A DNA stretch of 42,272 nucleotides from a virus (Duplodnaviria; Caudoviricetes), in IMG/VR virus record IMGVR_UViG_3300027533_000049, positions 1 through 42,272 of that record; one strand, given 5' to 3'. The notes under the pieces were generated by a model. That model searched no databases and was not told the DNA's origin. It was given only the letters and a program-made list of their open reading frames with translations. Position numbers and translations under genes: made by a program. Shown here piece after piece: positions 23,776 to 34,008 of the stretch. The stretch's first letter is position 1, and each line of letters begins with the position of its first letter.

Positions 23776-25746
23776 CTAGCGTCTGGTCGTCGGAGCGGTC
23801 GCGGCAGTGCCGCCACCAATGATGCCGCGCTCGATGAGCGATTGTACAATGCCGACGCGCCGATCGCGTGCCGGCTGCAGCTCGAGCAGCTCACGCACGA
23901 GCTGCTGCTTCTCCGCTGGATTGATCGCTGCCAGCCGCGCCGCAATCGCGTCGCGTGATTGTTCGCTGGTGCCGCGCCGGAGCGCACCATAAGCGCTCTG
24001 CGCGAGCTGCAGCGCTGCCCCGGAGAGCGAAGTCTCGGTTGGGATCCTGCCGCCGGCGGCATCGAGTTGCGCTTGGGCGGCGGCCGACGTCGCGGTCTTG
24101 GAGCCATGCACGACCTTCTGATAGACCTCGCGCTCGGCAAGCAGCCGGTCGCGGATCCGCAGCAGCTCGGCCGCACGACCAGGGCCAAACATGATGCCAA
24201 GCTTCTGAGCGTTCCAGGTATCGATGTCGCCGAGAACGCTCTTCAGCTTCTGCAGATTGCCGCCGGTTGTCCCGACCGCGCGCTCCAGCTCGTCGCGCGC
24301 CGCCTGCTGCAGGCGCAACGGCTCAGCGGATGGTCCGACATTGACGCCCTTGGGCTGCGCCGCCGTCCGCATCGTCTCAGCCAGCTCCTCCGGCCGGATC
24401 ACAGTGCCCTGGTCGTTCTTGAAGATGCGGCCGCCCGCGCTCTGCGCCTGGATCGCGCGCTCCTGCGCGCCCAGCTCGGCATAGGCACTGTCGAGCTGGC
24501 GGATGCCGGGGATCCGCGCCTGCATCTCGCGCGTCAGCCGATCGTAAACCTGCCCGGCGACCCGGCGCACGTTGGGCTCGGCATTCGGGTCATCACGCAT
24601 ACCGCGCACGGCTTCGCGTGTCGCACCGAGCGCGCGCGGGTGCGGGTCGAGTGTCCCCGGATTGGTCGGGATGTCGAGCATGGCGCGGATCTGGCGCAGC
24701 GCCGTCTGAGCCGCGCCCCTGGTGCTGCCGATCTCGCCTTCGATCCACAGCGCCGCCGCGCTGGTGTCGACCGCGCGCGCATTGTCGTAGGCCCGCTGGT
24801 AGTGCGGGCTGAGCGCGCTCATGCGCCCGCGGATGCCTTCTTCGACGTGGCTAGGCACCGGTGCCGGGCCATACAGTCGGTCGACCTCGCCGCGCATCCT
24901 GGCAGGCACCGCGGCATCGCGGGTTCGTAGGGTGTTCTCCAGGGCGGTCTTGCCCAGCCCGCCGGCGCCGGTGTTGGACCCCATGGTGACGCCGAGCATC
25001 GACGGCCCCGCGTCGGCCGGCACGGCGGCGTAGGTGCCGGCGACGCGCCGGAGCCCCTCGGCGTCGGCCCTGGCGGCGTCGACCAGCGGCCTGGGCAGGT
25101 CGCGCACCCCAGTAAGAAACCGTTCGCCAGCGCGATAGGCGGCACCCCCCGCGCGACCGACAGTCGGCGCCGCGCCACCCAGCACACCGCCCAGCACACC
25201 GCCCATCAGGGCGCCACTGGCATAGTCCTGGGCGTTGCCGGTGTAGGTGTTGCCGGCGCCCTGCGCCGCGCCATGGCCGAAGCCCTCAGCGGCTCCGGCG
25301 AGCGTCTTCAGGGCGAGCGGCTGTCCAGCACGCATCAGCGTGACGCCGGCGCGCGCCAGCGGCACGCCAGAGGCGATGCCGCCGATCGCCTGCCCGGTCG
25401 AGGTCAGGAACGGCCCGGCGCGCTCCTCGGCTTCCTTGCTCTTCCTGACCGCGTCGTCGACCGCCTTGCTGTAGCTCGGCTGGTCACCGGTCAGCACATC
25501 GATGCCACCGCGCAGGCGGTCCATCTGGCCGTAGGTGACCGCATTGGACGCGACGCGCGCGACGTCCTCGACCGTCTGCATCGCACCCTGCGGTCGTACC
25601 GTGATGCGCGCTGTCGGCTCGCCGGGGAATGGTGCGGCCCCTTGCGGCCCGACAAAGTCAGCCCAGGGATCTTCTCGGCTCGGCACGCCGGGGATCGGCG
25701 CGCTGTCAGTCACGCCGAAGTCTGCCCAGGGATCACGTTCGGCCAT
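23776..25746 (-). CDS. Internal virion/ejection protein
   Basis: 656 aa Ala/Gly-rich, DPWADF x2 at the N-terminus, glycine-zipper segments; position in the ejection cluster. Confidence 0.7.
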   Translation of the reverse strand: MAERDPWADFGVTDSAPIPGVPSREDPWADFVGPQGAAPFPGEPTARITVRPQGAMQTVEDVARVASNAVTYGQMDRLRGGIDVLTGDQPSYSKAVDDAVRKSKEAEERAGPFLTSTGQAIGGIASGVPLARAGVTLMRAGQPLALKTLAGAAEGFGHGAAQGAGNTYTGNAQDYASGALMGGVLGGVLGGAAPTVGRAGGAAYRAGERFLTGVRDLPRPLVDAARADAEGLRRVAGTYAAVPADAGPSMLGVTMGSNTGAGGLGKTALENTLRTRDAAVPARMRGEVDRLYGPAPVPSHVEEGIRGRMSALSPHYQRAYDNARAVDTSAAALWIEGEIGSTRGAAQTALRQIRAMLDIPTNPGTLDPHPRALGATREAVRGMRDDPNAEPNVRRVAGQVYDRLTREMQARIPGIRQLDSAYAELGAQERAIQAQSAGGRIFKNDQGTVIRPEELAETMRTAAQPKGVNVGPSAEPLRLQQAARDELERAVGTTGGNLQKLKSVLGDIDTWNAQKLGIMFGPGRAAELLRIRDRLLAEREVYQKVVHGSKTATSAAAQAQLDAAGGRIPTETSLSGAALQLAQSAYGALRRGTSEQSRDAIAARLAAINPAEKQQLVRELLELQPARDRRVGIVQSLIERGIIGGGTAATAPTTRR

Positions 25747-28700
25747 TTACTGCTCCTTCCGCGGGCGCGTCGGCACGACACCGGTGCGACCATCAGGCGT
25801 TCGGATGCGCGTCCCGGCGGGCAGCGCTGCAGCCTCTTCTGGCGAGCCGACGTCCACGATCGGCTTGCGCGCCATGTAGTCGGCGTTCTGCCGGGCGAGC
25901 TGCTCCCGGATTGCCGCCATACCGCGCTCGCCGCTAGAGCGCCCCACCGCTTCTGTAAAGTCTTTGCGGCGCCGGCTCTTCTCGGCCAGTTCGTTGGCAT
26001 CGTCGCCCGCCATCGGCAGGAACGCCGGCAGATTGCGCGCGGCCTCTGACGGCGAGACGGCGGCGCCTGACACATGTGTCAGGAAGCCGGCGCCCCAGTT
26101 ATTGGCGGCGTTGACTGCCTGCCGATAGGCCGCGGTCGCGGTGATGTTACCGACGAACGGGATGTTGCCGCGCAGCGCCTCGGCCGGCTTGGTCAACACC
26201 TCGCCGTGGTTCAGCTCCTCCAGGCGCTTCAGGTCGCCCGCTGTTCGCGCGACGAACTCAGCCGCCTTCGCCTGCTCGACGGTGAGCGGTTTCTCCTCGG
26301 GCTGCGGCAGTCCCGGCGACACGCGATAGGGCTGCTGCGGCTGTCCCGGGCCAACGTAAGGCTGCTCGAATTGCGTACCGCCGACCGTGACACGGTGCGG
26401 CGACGTCAGCTCCTTGTGCAGCTTGTCGATTTCGAGGCTCAGGCGCAGCGCCTCGGCCGGTTGGCGGTTGGCGTCGGCCTGCGCCTTCTGGATCGCCAGC
26501 CGATCGGCGAGCTGCTTGATGTCGCGATCGGGTGCCTCGCGCACGAACTTCTCGTACTCGTCGCTTCGCTTATCGTGACGTCCGCGAACGTGCCGGTACT
26601 CTTCGTCGATGCGTTCTTGGTGCTCTTTGCGATACGCCTCCTGAACCGCGATCTGTCGCTTAGCGTGCTCCTTCACAGCGTCGCTATAGTTCGGGCTCGC
26701 CAGGACGCGCTGCCAGTACACCTGCTGCTCGGACGGCAGCAGGCGATCGGGCGGCGGCGGCCGATCGCCCGGAGGGGTCATCTCCTGGACGCTGGCGCCA
26801 GGGATTGGCTCGCGCGACGGCGGCGCGCTGGGGGCGCGCGTGATCGTATCGTTCGGCGCCGGCACTGCCGGGCCGAGAGGCTGATCGCCGGCGACCATTG
26901 CCGGCGCCTGCCGCCGACCGAGCAGCCGTTCGAACGGTGACTGCTCCCCCTCACCAGAAGCTGCCAAGATCGGTGTCGAGGACGCCGCTGCTGGGCGAGC
27001 CCCAGAGGTAGTCTGCGGGGGCATCACCCCCGCCTGCGTAGGGTTTGCCTGCGGCACCTCCTGGCCCGTAGGATCCGTATAGGCCTCGCTGGCCTCGCGT
27101 GGCGGCGGCTCACCGCCCTGTGCGACCAGGGCCGCCGCAATTGCGTTGCGGCCGGTATCGGGGGCGCCGCCGACCACCGCCGCCGGTCGCGGCGCCTGCG
27201 CCACCTGCTGAGGCGGCGGCGCCTGCGCGACCTGCACATCGCCGCCACCACCGCCACCGCGGGGCTCGTTCGGCATGCCGTAGTAGGCCTGGATCCGCGC
27301 CGCCGCCTGCTGCGGCGTCGCGTTCGGCGGCACGTTGTTGACCCGCAGGTTCTGCGGCGAGGCGTTGCCGGTGCCGGCGACCATGCGCGAGCCGGTGACG
27401 CCGCCCTGCTGATGCAGGAGCGCCATCTCGGCCGGCGTCGGGTCGCGGCCCAGGCGACTGCGGAACGCCGCGACGTTGTCGTCAGTCAGCCGGTTGGCTG
27501 CGATCGTCGAGGCGTCGAGATCCTCGCGCCGGTCGCCGCCCGGGCCCATCAGGCCGTACTGGCGGCCGGTGCCGCGGGTGAACTGGAACGGCCCGGCAGC
27601 GCCGGTGGGCGAGGTGTCGCGCGGCCCTTTCGGGGCCTCGCCGCCGACCAGGGAGCCCAGATAGGCCTGCCGGTCAGGATCCCTGACGTTGCGCTGGATC
27701 GCGTCCTGGATGTAGCCCGGCGTCGGCCGGCGATAGCCGACCTGGGCGTCGATCATGTTGTAGCCGCCATCGGAGATCCGCGGGTCGCCCCCCTGTGCGC
27801 CAGCTCCCTGCGCGAGGGTGTCGGCGATCTGCTGCCGCTGCCATTCGCGCGCCTCCGGCGACACCTGGGTGCGCCAATCCGGGTTCGATCCATCGCTGGC
27901 AAATCGGACACCGACCTGCGAACGCGCCCCGGTGGCGGGATCCTCCGAATAGCGAGGCACCGCCCTGACGCCAGGAGGGAGCTGCGGCGCGGCGCCCGTG
28001 TTGGCGTAGGCGAGCCTCGTCGGGGCCTGCAGCTCAGAGCTAGGCCCTGGCGCCGGTTCCTCTGCAGGCTCGTTCGGCAGCGCGTTCTGCTCGATCTGCT
28101 GCCTCCGCGTCTCGCCGAAGTACGGGACACCCTCGCCCTCCATTGGCGGCGGCATCATCGGCAGGCGGTCGCCCTTTTGCAGCGGCTCGCCCTCCGCCCG
28201 CTGCGGAATGCCGGCCGCCTCCGGCGCGTAGGCCGCGGGCGCGTGCTCCGGCGCGATCGGCCCCAGATGCGGCACGAAGAGGCTCGGGTCGCCCCGGGTC
28301 ACGATGTTGTTCGGCCGCCCGTCGACAAACGGTGGCGGGCGATCGGTCGGGATGACCGGCTCCTCCGGCTCGTCCGCTGCCACGGCGGGCCCGCCCCCGG
28401 GCGGCTGACTGTCGGGCGGCAGCGCACTGGTTTGCCTGGGCGGCGCGAGCGCCGGCGCTACCGTCGCCGGCCGGGCGCCAGGAGGCTGGCCTGAGACATA
28501 GCCCGGGCCGCCGGGCGCGTTGCCGACAACGCCCTGGTCGCGCAGCTGCTGTGCCTTCTCCGCTTGCGCGAGCCGCCAGTTGAGGCCGGCTTCGCCAATG
28601 CTCTCACCGAGATAGGTCAGACCCTCGCCAATGTTCTTGGGGAAGCCCTTCTGGCGCGCGGCCAGCGCCGCGGCGATCGCGCGTCGCTTCTTCAGCTCCT

Positions 28701-28785
28701 CGTAGGTCAGGTTGGTGTTGCCGCCGAAGATGAAACTCAGCGGGGCAAGGCCTGCACCTTCGTCAACGCCTTCTGATCTCGCCAT
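25747..28785 (-). CDS. Internal virion/ejection protein with SLT/lysozyme-like domain
   Basis: GGE...SPTGAAGPFQF...TGRQYGL...LLHQQG transglycosylase-like motifs within Pro-rich flanks. Confidence 0.75.
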   Translation of the reverse strand: MARSEGVDEGAGLAPLSFIFGGNTNLTYEELKKRRAIAAALAARQKGFPKNIGEGLTYLGESIGEAGLNWRLAQAEKAQQLRDQGVVGNAPGGPGYVSGQPPGARPATVAPALAPPRQTSALPPDSQPPGGGPAVAADEPEEPVIPTDRPPPFVDGRPNNIVTRGDPSLFVPHLGPIAPEHAPAAYAPEAAGIPQRAEGEPLQKGDRLPMMPPPMEGEGVPYFGETRRQQIEQNALPNEPAEEPAPGPSSELQAPTRLAYANTGAAPQLPPGVRAVPRYSEDPATGARSQVGVRFASDGSNPDWRTQVSPEAREWQRQQIADTLAQGAGAQGGDPRISDGGYNMIDAQVGYRRPTPGYIQDAIQRNVRDPDRQAYLGSLVGGEAPKGPRDTSPTGAAGPFQFTRGTGRQYGLMGPGGDRREDLDASTIAANRLTDDNVAAFRSRLGRDPTPAEMALLHQQGGVTGSRMVAGTGNASPQNLRVNNVPPNATPQQAAARIQAYYGMPNEPRGGGGGGDVQVAQAPPPQQVAQAPRPAAVVGGAPDTGRNAIAAALVAQGGEPPPREASEAYTDPTGQEVPQANPTQAGVMPPQTTSGARPAAASSTPILAASGEGEQSPFERLLGRRQAPAMVAGDQPLGPAVPAPNDTITRAPSAPPSREPIPGASVQEMTPPGDRPPPPDRLLPSEQQVYWQRVLASPNYSDAVKEHAKRQIAVQEAYRKEHQERIDEEYRHVRGRHDKRSDEYEKFVREAPDRDIKQLADRLAIQKAQADANRQPAEALRLSLEIDKLHKELTSPHRVTVGGTQFEQPYVGPGQPQQPYRVSPGLPQPEEKPLTVEQAKAAEFVARTAGDLKRLEELNHGEVLTKPAEALRGNIPFVGNITATAAYRQAVNAANNWGAGFLTHVSGAAVSPSEAARNLPAFLPMAGDDANELAEKSRRRKDFTEAVGRSSGERGMAAIREQLARQNADYMARKPIVDVGSPEEAAALPAGTRIRTPDGRTGVVPTRPRKEQ

Positions 28786-28786
28786 G

Positions 28787-30277
28787 TCATGCCGCCCTCA
28801 GGATGGAGCCCATCACTCGACCTTCATCGATGTACTTGATGCCGCGTCGCGTCTTGACGGCGCCGCGATCGATCTTCTCGACGTCCTGCGCCATCGGGCC
28901 GACGTGACGCTCGTCTGCAGGATCGTCCTTGTAGCTGTACTCGTAGATCGGCAGCTTCTTCTTGTCGCCGCTGTCGGGATCTGTCGCAAACACAGTGCCG
29001 ACGCGATCGATGTCGTCCTTCATGCGCTCGTCCGACATCTTCATCATGCCGCCCATCATGCCCATGATGCCGCCCATCATCGCGTTGTAGTTCGCGCTCT
29101 CCTGCTTGTAGATGTCCATGTCTTGCGAGAAGCGCGTGTTGATCAATCCCGCAACGTCAGTCGTCGGGATCTGATTGTTCGGCGTGTTGACGAAGTTCGG
29201 GTTGTTGATCTGCGATCCCGACAGCAGCGCGCTGATCTCGTTGATCGGTTGATTGCGCAATGCATACTGCTCGGACATGTACTGATTGCGCGCCATGTTC
29301 TGCGCGTTGAACCGCGACTGCGCCTGCGCGACCTGCTGCGCCAGCCCAGCGTTGGCGAACTCGCCGCGCGCCGCCTCCTGCATGAATTGATCGCGCTGCG
29401 CTTGGTTCTCGAACTGACCGGACTGCAGCATCTCCTGGAATTGCTGCTTCTGCGCTTCGTTGGCGAACTGACCGCGACCGAACTGCTGCGTGTACTCCTG
29501 CTGCTGCGCGGCGTTCTCGAACCCGGCACGCTGCGCAGCCATGTCCATCATGCGCTGCTGCTCTTGCCCGCCGGCAGCGGTCACGCCCAGGCGAAGATCA
29601 TTGGCTTGGCGATTGTAGTCGTCCATCGCCGCGGTGTAGGCGGCGCTGCCGTAGCGGATGCCCTGGTCGGCGAGCCGCTGCTCGATGTTGCCGCGCTCGC
29701 GCGAGAGCTGCGGGTTCAGTCGACCGTACAACGCCTCCTCGACGCGGCCGCGGTCCTTGCTGAAGTCGTCCTGCGGCCCGTAGCTCTTGGTGATCGCGCC
29801 GGCGTCGCCGAACGTGGTCTGCTGCTGGCCGTAGTCGCCGAGCGCAAGCTTCTGCTTGCCGGCCTCGTCGAACGTCGTCTGCGGCGCCAGGATGTTGCCG
29901 ATCCAATTGCTGTCGCCGGCACTCGGCGCGTCCCCGAGATTGATCTCATTCGACAGCAGGTTCGACAAACGCTCGGACTGAGTGTTTGCCATGCCGGCCA
30001 TGTTGTACTTGGCCGCATCGGTCTGCGCTTTGAGCGCCTGCTGCTGCTCGCTCAGCGTCTGCGTTGCCGTGAACGTCGGGATGTTGACCGCGAGCCCGGT
30101 ATAGGGATCGTTCCAGGTGTAGCTGCCGGTCGTGTCGTAGCGCAGCGACCCATCGGGCGTGATCTGGTTGACGTTGCCCAGGAACGAGTTGGCGATCGAC
30201 GTGCCGACGTTGGTCGACGTCGAAGCGCGCGCGGTTTCGACCGGGCTCGGCGGCTGCGGTGCTGACGGCTTACCCAT
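28787..30277 (-). CDS. Internal virion protein with C-terminal peptidase S74-like domain
   Basis: Q/N/A-rich helical body; SDERMKDDI...IYEYSY...GPMAQDVE. Confidence 0.75.
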   Translation of the reverse strand: MGKPSAPQPPSPVETARASTSTNVGTSIANSFLGNVNQITPDGSLRYDTTGSYTWNDPYTGLAVNIPTFTATQTLSEQQQALKAQTDAAKYNMAGMANTQSERLSNLLSNEINLGDAPSAGDSNWIGNILAPQTTFDEAGKQKLALGDYGQQQTTFGDAGAITKSYGPQDDFSKDRGRVEEALYGRLNPQLSRERGNIEQRLADQGIRYGSAAYTAAMDDYNRQANDLRLGVTAAGGQEQQRMMDMAAQRAGFENAAQQQEYTQQFGRGQFANEAQKQQFQEMLQSGQFENQAQRDQFMQEAARGEFANAGLAQQVAQAQSRFNAQNMARNQYMSEQYALRNQPINEISALLSGSQINNPNFVNTPNNQIPTTDVAGLINTRFSQDMDIYKQESANYNAMMGGIMGMMGGMMKMSDERMKDDIDRVGTVFATDPDSGDKKKLPIYEYSYKDDPADERHVGPMAQDVEKIDRGAVKTRRGIKYIDEGRVMGSILRAA

Positions 30278-30286
30278 GCTTCACCC

Positions 30287-30685
30287 TCAGTAGGTCGGCC
30301 CGCCGCCACCAATCGCGGGAGGCTGCATCATGTTCGGCGTCTGCGGCTGTGGTCCCTGCCCCAGGATCGGCGGCGCCCCGAAGTTCGGCCCGCCCGGCAC
30401 CATGCCGCCCGGCTGCATCGGCTGCGTCATCGACTGCGGCATCAGCCCAGGCGTCGGCGCAATGCCGGCACCCGGCGTCTGCGGCGCCATGCCCGGAGCT
30501 GCTCCTGGCTGCTGCACGCCAGGAGGCTGCATGCCACCCGGCGCCGGGATGCTCGGGCTCTGCTGCGGCATCGCCGAGCGCGGCGGCGGGTTCTGGATGT
30601 TCATCAGCGCCTGCGTGATCGCGTTGCGCTGGTCATTGGTCGCTTGCGGCAAGTATTGCTGGGCCAGACTTTGCAGATCCATCAC
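30287..30685 (-). CDS. Pro/Gln/Gly/Met-rich small virion-region protein
   Basis: 132 aa, low complexity; GGAGG RBS. Confidence 0.7.
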   Translation of the reverse strand: MMDLQSLAQQYLPQATNDQRNAITQALMNIQNPPPRSAMPQQSPSIPAPGGMQPPGVQQPGAAPGMAPQTPGAGIAPTPGLMPQSMTQPMQPGGMVPGGPNFGAPPILGQGPQPQTPNMMQPPAIGGGGPTY

Positions 30686-31167
30686 GCAGCCTCCTCGACG
30701 TCGATCGGCGCATCAACGAGATGATGCTTCAGCCGCTTGTTGAACTTGTTCGCTGCCCAGTCCTCGACGGTCAGCGTGGCGATCACGCCATCGCGCTCGC
30801 GGCCAAACAGCCTGGGAAACAGCATGAAGTTGTAACCGTAGACCGCGAGCTGGCGCAGCAGCCGCTCGTTCTCGGCCGGGATCCGCATTGCCACCATCTG
30901 GCAGCCGCACTGGTGGAACGGATACTGGTGCATGCGCCCGACCATGCCGCGCTGCAGCCAGTGCGCCGTCGTCGCGGCGCCGCTCATCTCGATGATCTCG
31001 GCCTCGGGATCGTAGTTGTGATAGACCATGCCGGCGATCAGGCGGTCCTGCTCGTCGATCACGCCGATCGTCCTGCACTCCCCGAAGCCGCGCCGGCAAT
31101 GCGGGATCAGGCTCGCGACGAACTGCGAGATCAGGGCGTCATAGCCATAGACGTAACGCAGCGTCAC
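30682..31167 (-). CDS. GNAT-fold virion assembly protein (T7 gp13/P22 gp14-like)
   Basis: LIAGMVYHNY...IEMSGA...YPF..CGCQ...ENER pattern; position between tail and ejection genes; start 31167 or 31179. Confidence 0.65.
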   Translation of the reverse strand: MTLRYVYGYDALISQFVASLIPHCRRGFGECRTIGVIDEQDRLIAGMVYHNYDPEAEIIEMSGAATTAHWLQRGMVGRMHQYPFHQCGCQMVAMRIPAENERLLRQLAVYGYNFMLFPRLFGRERDGVIATLTVEDWAANKFNKRLKHHLVDAPIDVEEAA

Positions 31168-31643
31168 GGCATCCACCATGCCTTGGTTTCGGGTTTGTAT
31201 GCCGCCTCTGCGGCTTGGTTCTCCTGGATGCGCTGCGCGATCGCGTTGCGCCGGCCCTCGACGTCGTACGGCCCGCCCTGGCTGAGCGAGATCAGCGCCA
31301 GCGGGTCGACCTGCCCGCGGTCGTCGCCATAGCGCAGCTTGTCGGGGATCCTGCCGGCGCCATAGACGTCAGTGCCGTAGCGACTGGTCTTCTGCGGCGG
31401 CTGCCACTGGTTCGGCATGCGCAGCGCGTCGACATCGCTGTAACTCACCGGGTTGTTCTGCGCGTGCCACGCCGACACCGCCTGCTCGCTCGGCGCGTAG
31501 CCCTTGATGTAGGCCGGTGCAAACAGGCCGTTGAGTGAGCCCTCGGGGTTATAGTTGGCGAACATGTCGCCCATCGGCTGCTCGGCCGGGGCGGCAGCCG
31601 CTGCCGCTGCGGCGGCTGCCGGTGCTGCGATTGGCAGTGCCAT
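31164..31643 (-). CDS. Hypothetical virion-region protein
   Basis: 159 aa; GGGAG RBS; Ala-rich N-terminus. Confidence 0.7.
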   Translation of the reverse strand: MALPIAAPAAAAAAAAAAPAEQPMGDMFANYNPEGSLNGLFAPAYIKGYAPSEQAVSAWHAQNNPVSYSDVDALRMPNQWQPPQKTSRYGTDVYGAGRIPDKLRYGDDRGQVDPLALISLSQGGPYDVEGRRNAIAQRIQENQAAEAAYKPETKAWWMP

Positions 31644-31654
31644 AGCTTCGCTCC

Positions 31655-33325
31655 CTATACGTTGATGCCGCCCGGCTCGAACGTGGCGGCGATCGCGATC
31701 AATTCCACACTCGGCTTAACCTGCTGCGCCACCGTCACCTGGACGATCGGCGCATGCACAAACCCGCTCTTGCCGATCGACACCCAACCGGTGCTGCGCA
31801 CAGCTGGCGCAGCGACAGCGGTCGGCTGATCCCATCGCGCGTCATCCCACAGGCCCTGATCCCACACCTCCTGCAGGCCAGGATCCGCGCCCGCCTGCGG
31901 CGGAGGCGGCAGTTTGAGAACGAAGTCAGTCGCAGCGGACAGCTGCGGCTTGAACGGCTCGCGCCCGGTCGCAGAGAACGAGGCGCGCGCCTGCAGCCAT
32001 GTTGTCGTCGCCGGCTGTGATCGCAGCGCGCCCCAGCCCCCGACCAGGGTCGCAACGTAGGGGATCTTAGCATGATTGCCGTCGTCGTAGCCGGTGCGGT
32101 CGGCCGCCATCACGATGCCGGACTGGGTGCCGAAGTACAGCTCACCGCGCAGCTTGATCCAGCACGTCGCGTCCCATCCGACGAAGCGTGCCCAGGCGCC
32201 GGTCGCGAGATTGATGACCGCGCACAGCCGCTTGCCGGCGACACCATACGGCCATGTCACGAACATGCCGCCGTACTCGTCCCACTTCTCCATCGTCCAG
32301 GGATGCTCGCGCTTCTCCATCACCTCGGCGCGCCACATCGGCTTGATCGGGCGCGAGATCGCGGCCAACTCGAGTTGGATCTTGTCCTTGGTGATCGCGC
32401 CCGACACCGGCACGAGGCCGTCGACCGTCGCGATCAGCAGGTCGCCGCCGGTCGGGTGGTGAGCGTTCATGCCGAGCGGCGCCGAGATCTCGAACCGACC
32501 CTCCTGGCGCCAGTTCGCGGGATCCGCCGGGTTGCTGCCAGTAAACACAAGCAGCTCTCCCTCCGTGGTCGCCACGACCATCTTGTCGTCGACACCATCT
32601 CCAGCGTCGAGTGACCAAGTGGTGCCGAACAGCAGCCGACCGCCTTTGGTCGCGGCGCCCGACAGCGGCACCAGCGACAGCGCGCCCTGCACCGCGTTGA
32701 GCGGCAGGTACCAGACGTTCATCGAGCCGCCCTCGATGAAGAACAGGCGGTTGCGATACTTCCAGACGTAGACGAGATTGCCGCCGGCCTCGACCGTGCT
32801 GCCGAGCGGGCCGGTGATCTCGCCGGCGTCGAGCGTCTCCCAGGCCGCACCGTTGTAGCGCAGCGGGGCGTCGCCGGCGTCGTTGACCGCGATCAGATAG
32901 TCGCCGCTCGCGTTGGCGAGCTGCGAGGCCGCATAGTTGCCTGACGTCTGGCCGGCCTTGACCAGGATCGGCCCGCCGAACGTGACGTCGAACAGCTTGG
33001 TCTGCTGCGCGGCGAACATGTGCTGGTTGTTGCCGCTGTTATACTCGAACGACGAGATCACCGGCAGGCGCAGCGGGCTCGGCACCGGCGGCACCGGCTC
33101 GTCGAGCGCATGCAGGTCACAGTGCCGGATGTAGCCGCCGCGCAGCTTCACGCCGCGCATGGTCGACACCCAGTTATCCTGGACGATCGCCCCGCCCGGC
33201 TGCATGAACGCCTCGTTCTCGTGCAGGCAGATCCCGCGCGTCGGCGCCGGCAACAGCGTCGGCTGCAGCCGCTGCATCGCCTGCTGCGGGACCGGAGCAC
33301 GTCGGCCGTACTGATGAATGCTCAT
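31655..33325 (-). CDS. Tail nozzle/hub protein (P22 gp10/T7 gp12-like)
   Basis: 556 aa, beta-rich; start MSIHQYG with ATGA coupling; position in the tail module. Confidence 0.7.
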   Translation of the reverse strand: MSIHQYGRRAPVPQQAMQRLQPTLLPAPTRGICLHENEAFMQPGGAIVQDNWVSTMRGVKLRGGYIRHCDLHALDEPVPPVPSPLRLPVISSFEYNSGNNQHMFAAQQTKLFDVTFGGPILVKAGQTSGNYAASQLANASGDYLIAVNDAGDAPLRYNGAAWETLDAGEITGPLGSTVEAGGNLVYVWKYRNRLFFIEGGSMNVWYLPLNAVQGALSLVPLSGAATKGGRLLFGTTWSLDAGDGVDDKMVVATTEGELLVFTGSNPADPANWRQEGRFEISAPLGMNAHHPTGGDLLIATVDGLVPVSGAITKDKIQLELAAISRPIKPMWRAEVMEKREHPWTMEKWDEYGGMFVTWPYGVAGKRLCAVINLATGAWARFVGWDATCWIKLRGELYFGTQSGIVMAADRTGYDDGNHAKIPYVATLVGGWGALRSQPATTTWLQARASFSATGREPFKPQLSAATDFVLKLPPPPQAGADPGLQEVWDQGLWDDARWDQPTAVAAPAVRSTGWVSIGKSGFVHAPIVQVTVAQQVKPSVELIAIAATFEPGGINV

Positions 33326-34008
33326 TGCAAACACACCGCGAGGAAGGCGGCGCTGCCGCCGGATATCGATCCCGAACAGTTCACGCCAATGTTCAACGGG
33401 TTCTGTCCGCTGTCGAACTTCTGTGACGCAACTGTCGCGCCATAGCCGGTCACCCGCGCCCCGTTGCTGTTTTGGGTCAGCCCAGACCAAGTGAAAGTTC
33501 GCGCGCCACCCCAGTACCCGCAGCGCGTCGCAACGACGATGCCACCACCTGCAGGAACGACAATGCCGCTATTCGAATAGTTCTGCGTCGTGTGGTTCGT
33601 CACCCCCTCACTGTCCACCATCACAGGCAGTGTTCCTTGGTCGATCCTATAGCAATCGATTGCCCAGCCACCGAGCGATTGCGCGGCCGCTGTTGACACA
33701 ACAACATTGCCGACGCTGCCGCTCGGGACCGTCGCCAGAAACGCAGCCGCCTTTTCAGCGTTGGCGAGGTGGTGTTTGATGAGCGTGGCCGAGACGCCAA
33801 GAATGGTGCAGGTCGTGATTGGGTCGCTATTGAAGTACGACATAGAGGCGATAACCAGAACGTGCCGGTTGGCTGATGCCGCACCAAAGTCGAAGCTTCT
33901 TGTGATTGTGGCATTTGCACTGGCAGTGGTGTCTCTCGCATTGCCAATATACGTCAGCGCCAGCGCGGGCGTGACAGAGCGAAACAGTGGCGGCGGGACC
34001 AGCAGCAT
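33322..34008 (-). CDS. Putative fibre-tip/receptor-binding protein
   Basis: 228 aa S/T/G/A-rich beta protein, visibly lower GC, TGATG-coupled to the collagen fibre gene. Confidence 0.55.
   Translation of the reverse strand: MLLVPPPLFRSVTPALALTYIGNARDTTASANATITRSFDFGAASANRHVLVIASMSYFNSDPITTCTILGVSATLIKHHLANAEKAAAFLATVPSGSVGNVVVSTAAAQSLGGWAIDCYRIDQGTLPVMVDSEGVTNHTTQNYSNSGIVVPAGGGIVVATRCGYWGGARTFTWSGLTQNSNGARVTGYGATVASQKFDSGQNPLNIGVNCSGSISGGSAAFLAVCLQ

Noticed and set aside
31655-33490. 611-aa version of the tail hub gene
   Set aside because: The extension overlaps gene 33322..34008; the ATGA-coupled start at 33325 is more plausible
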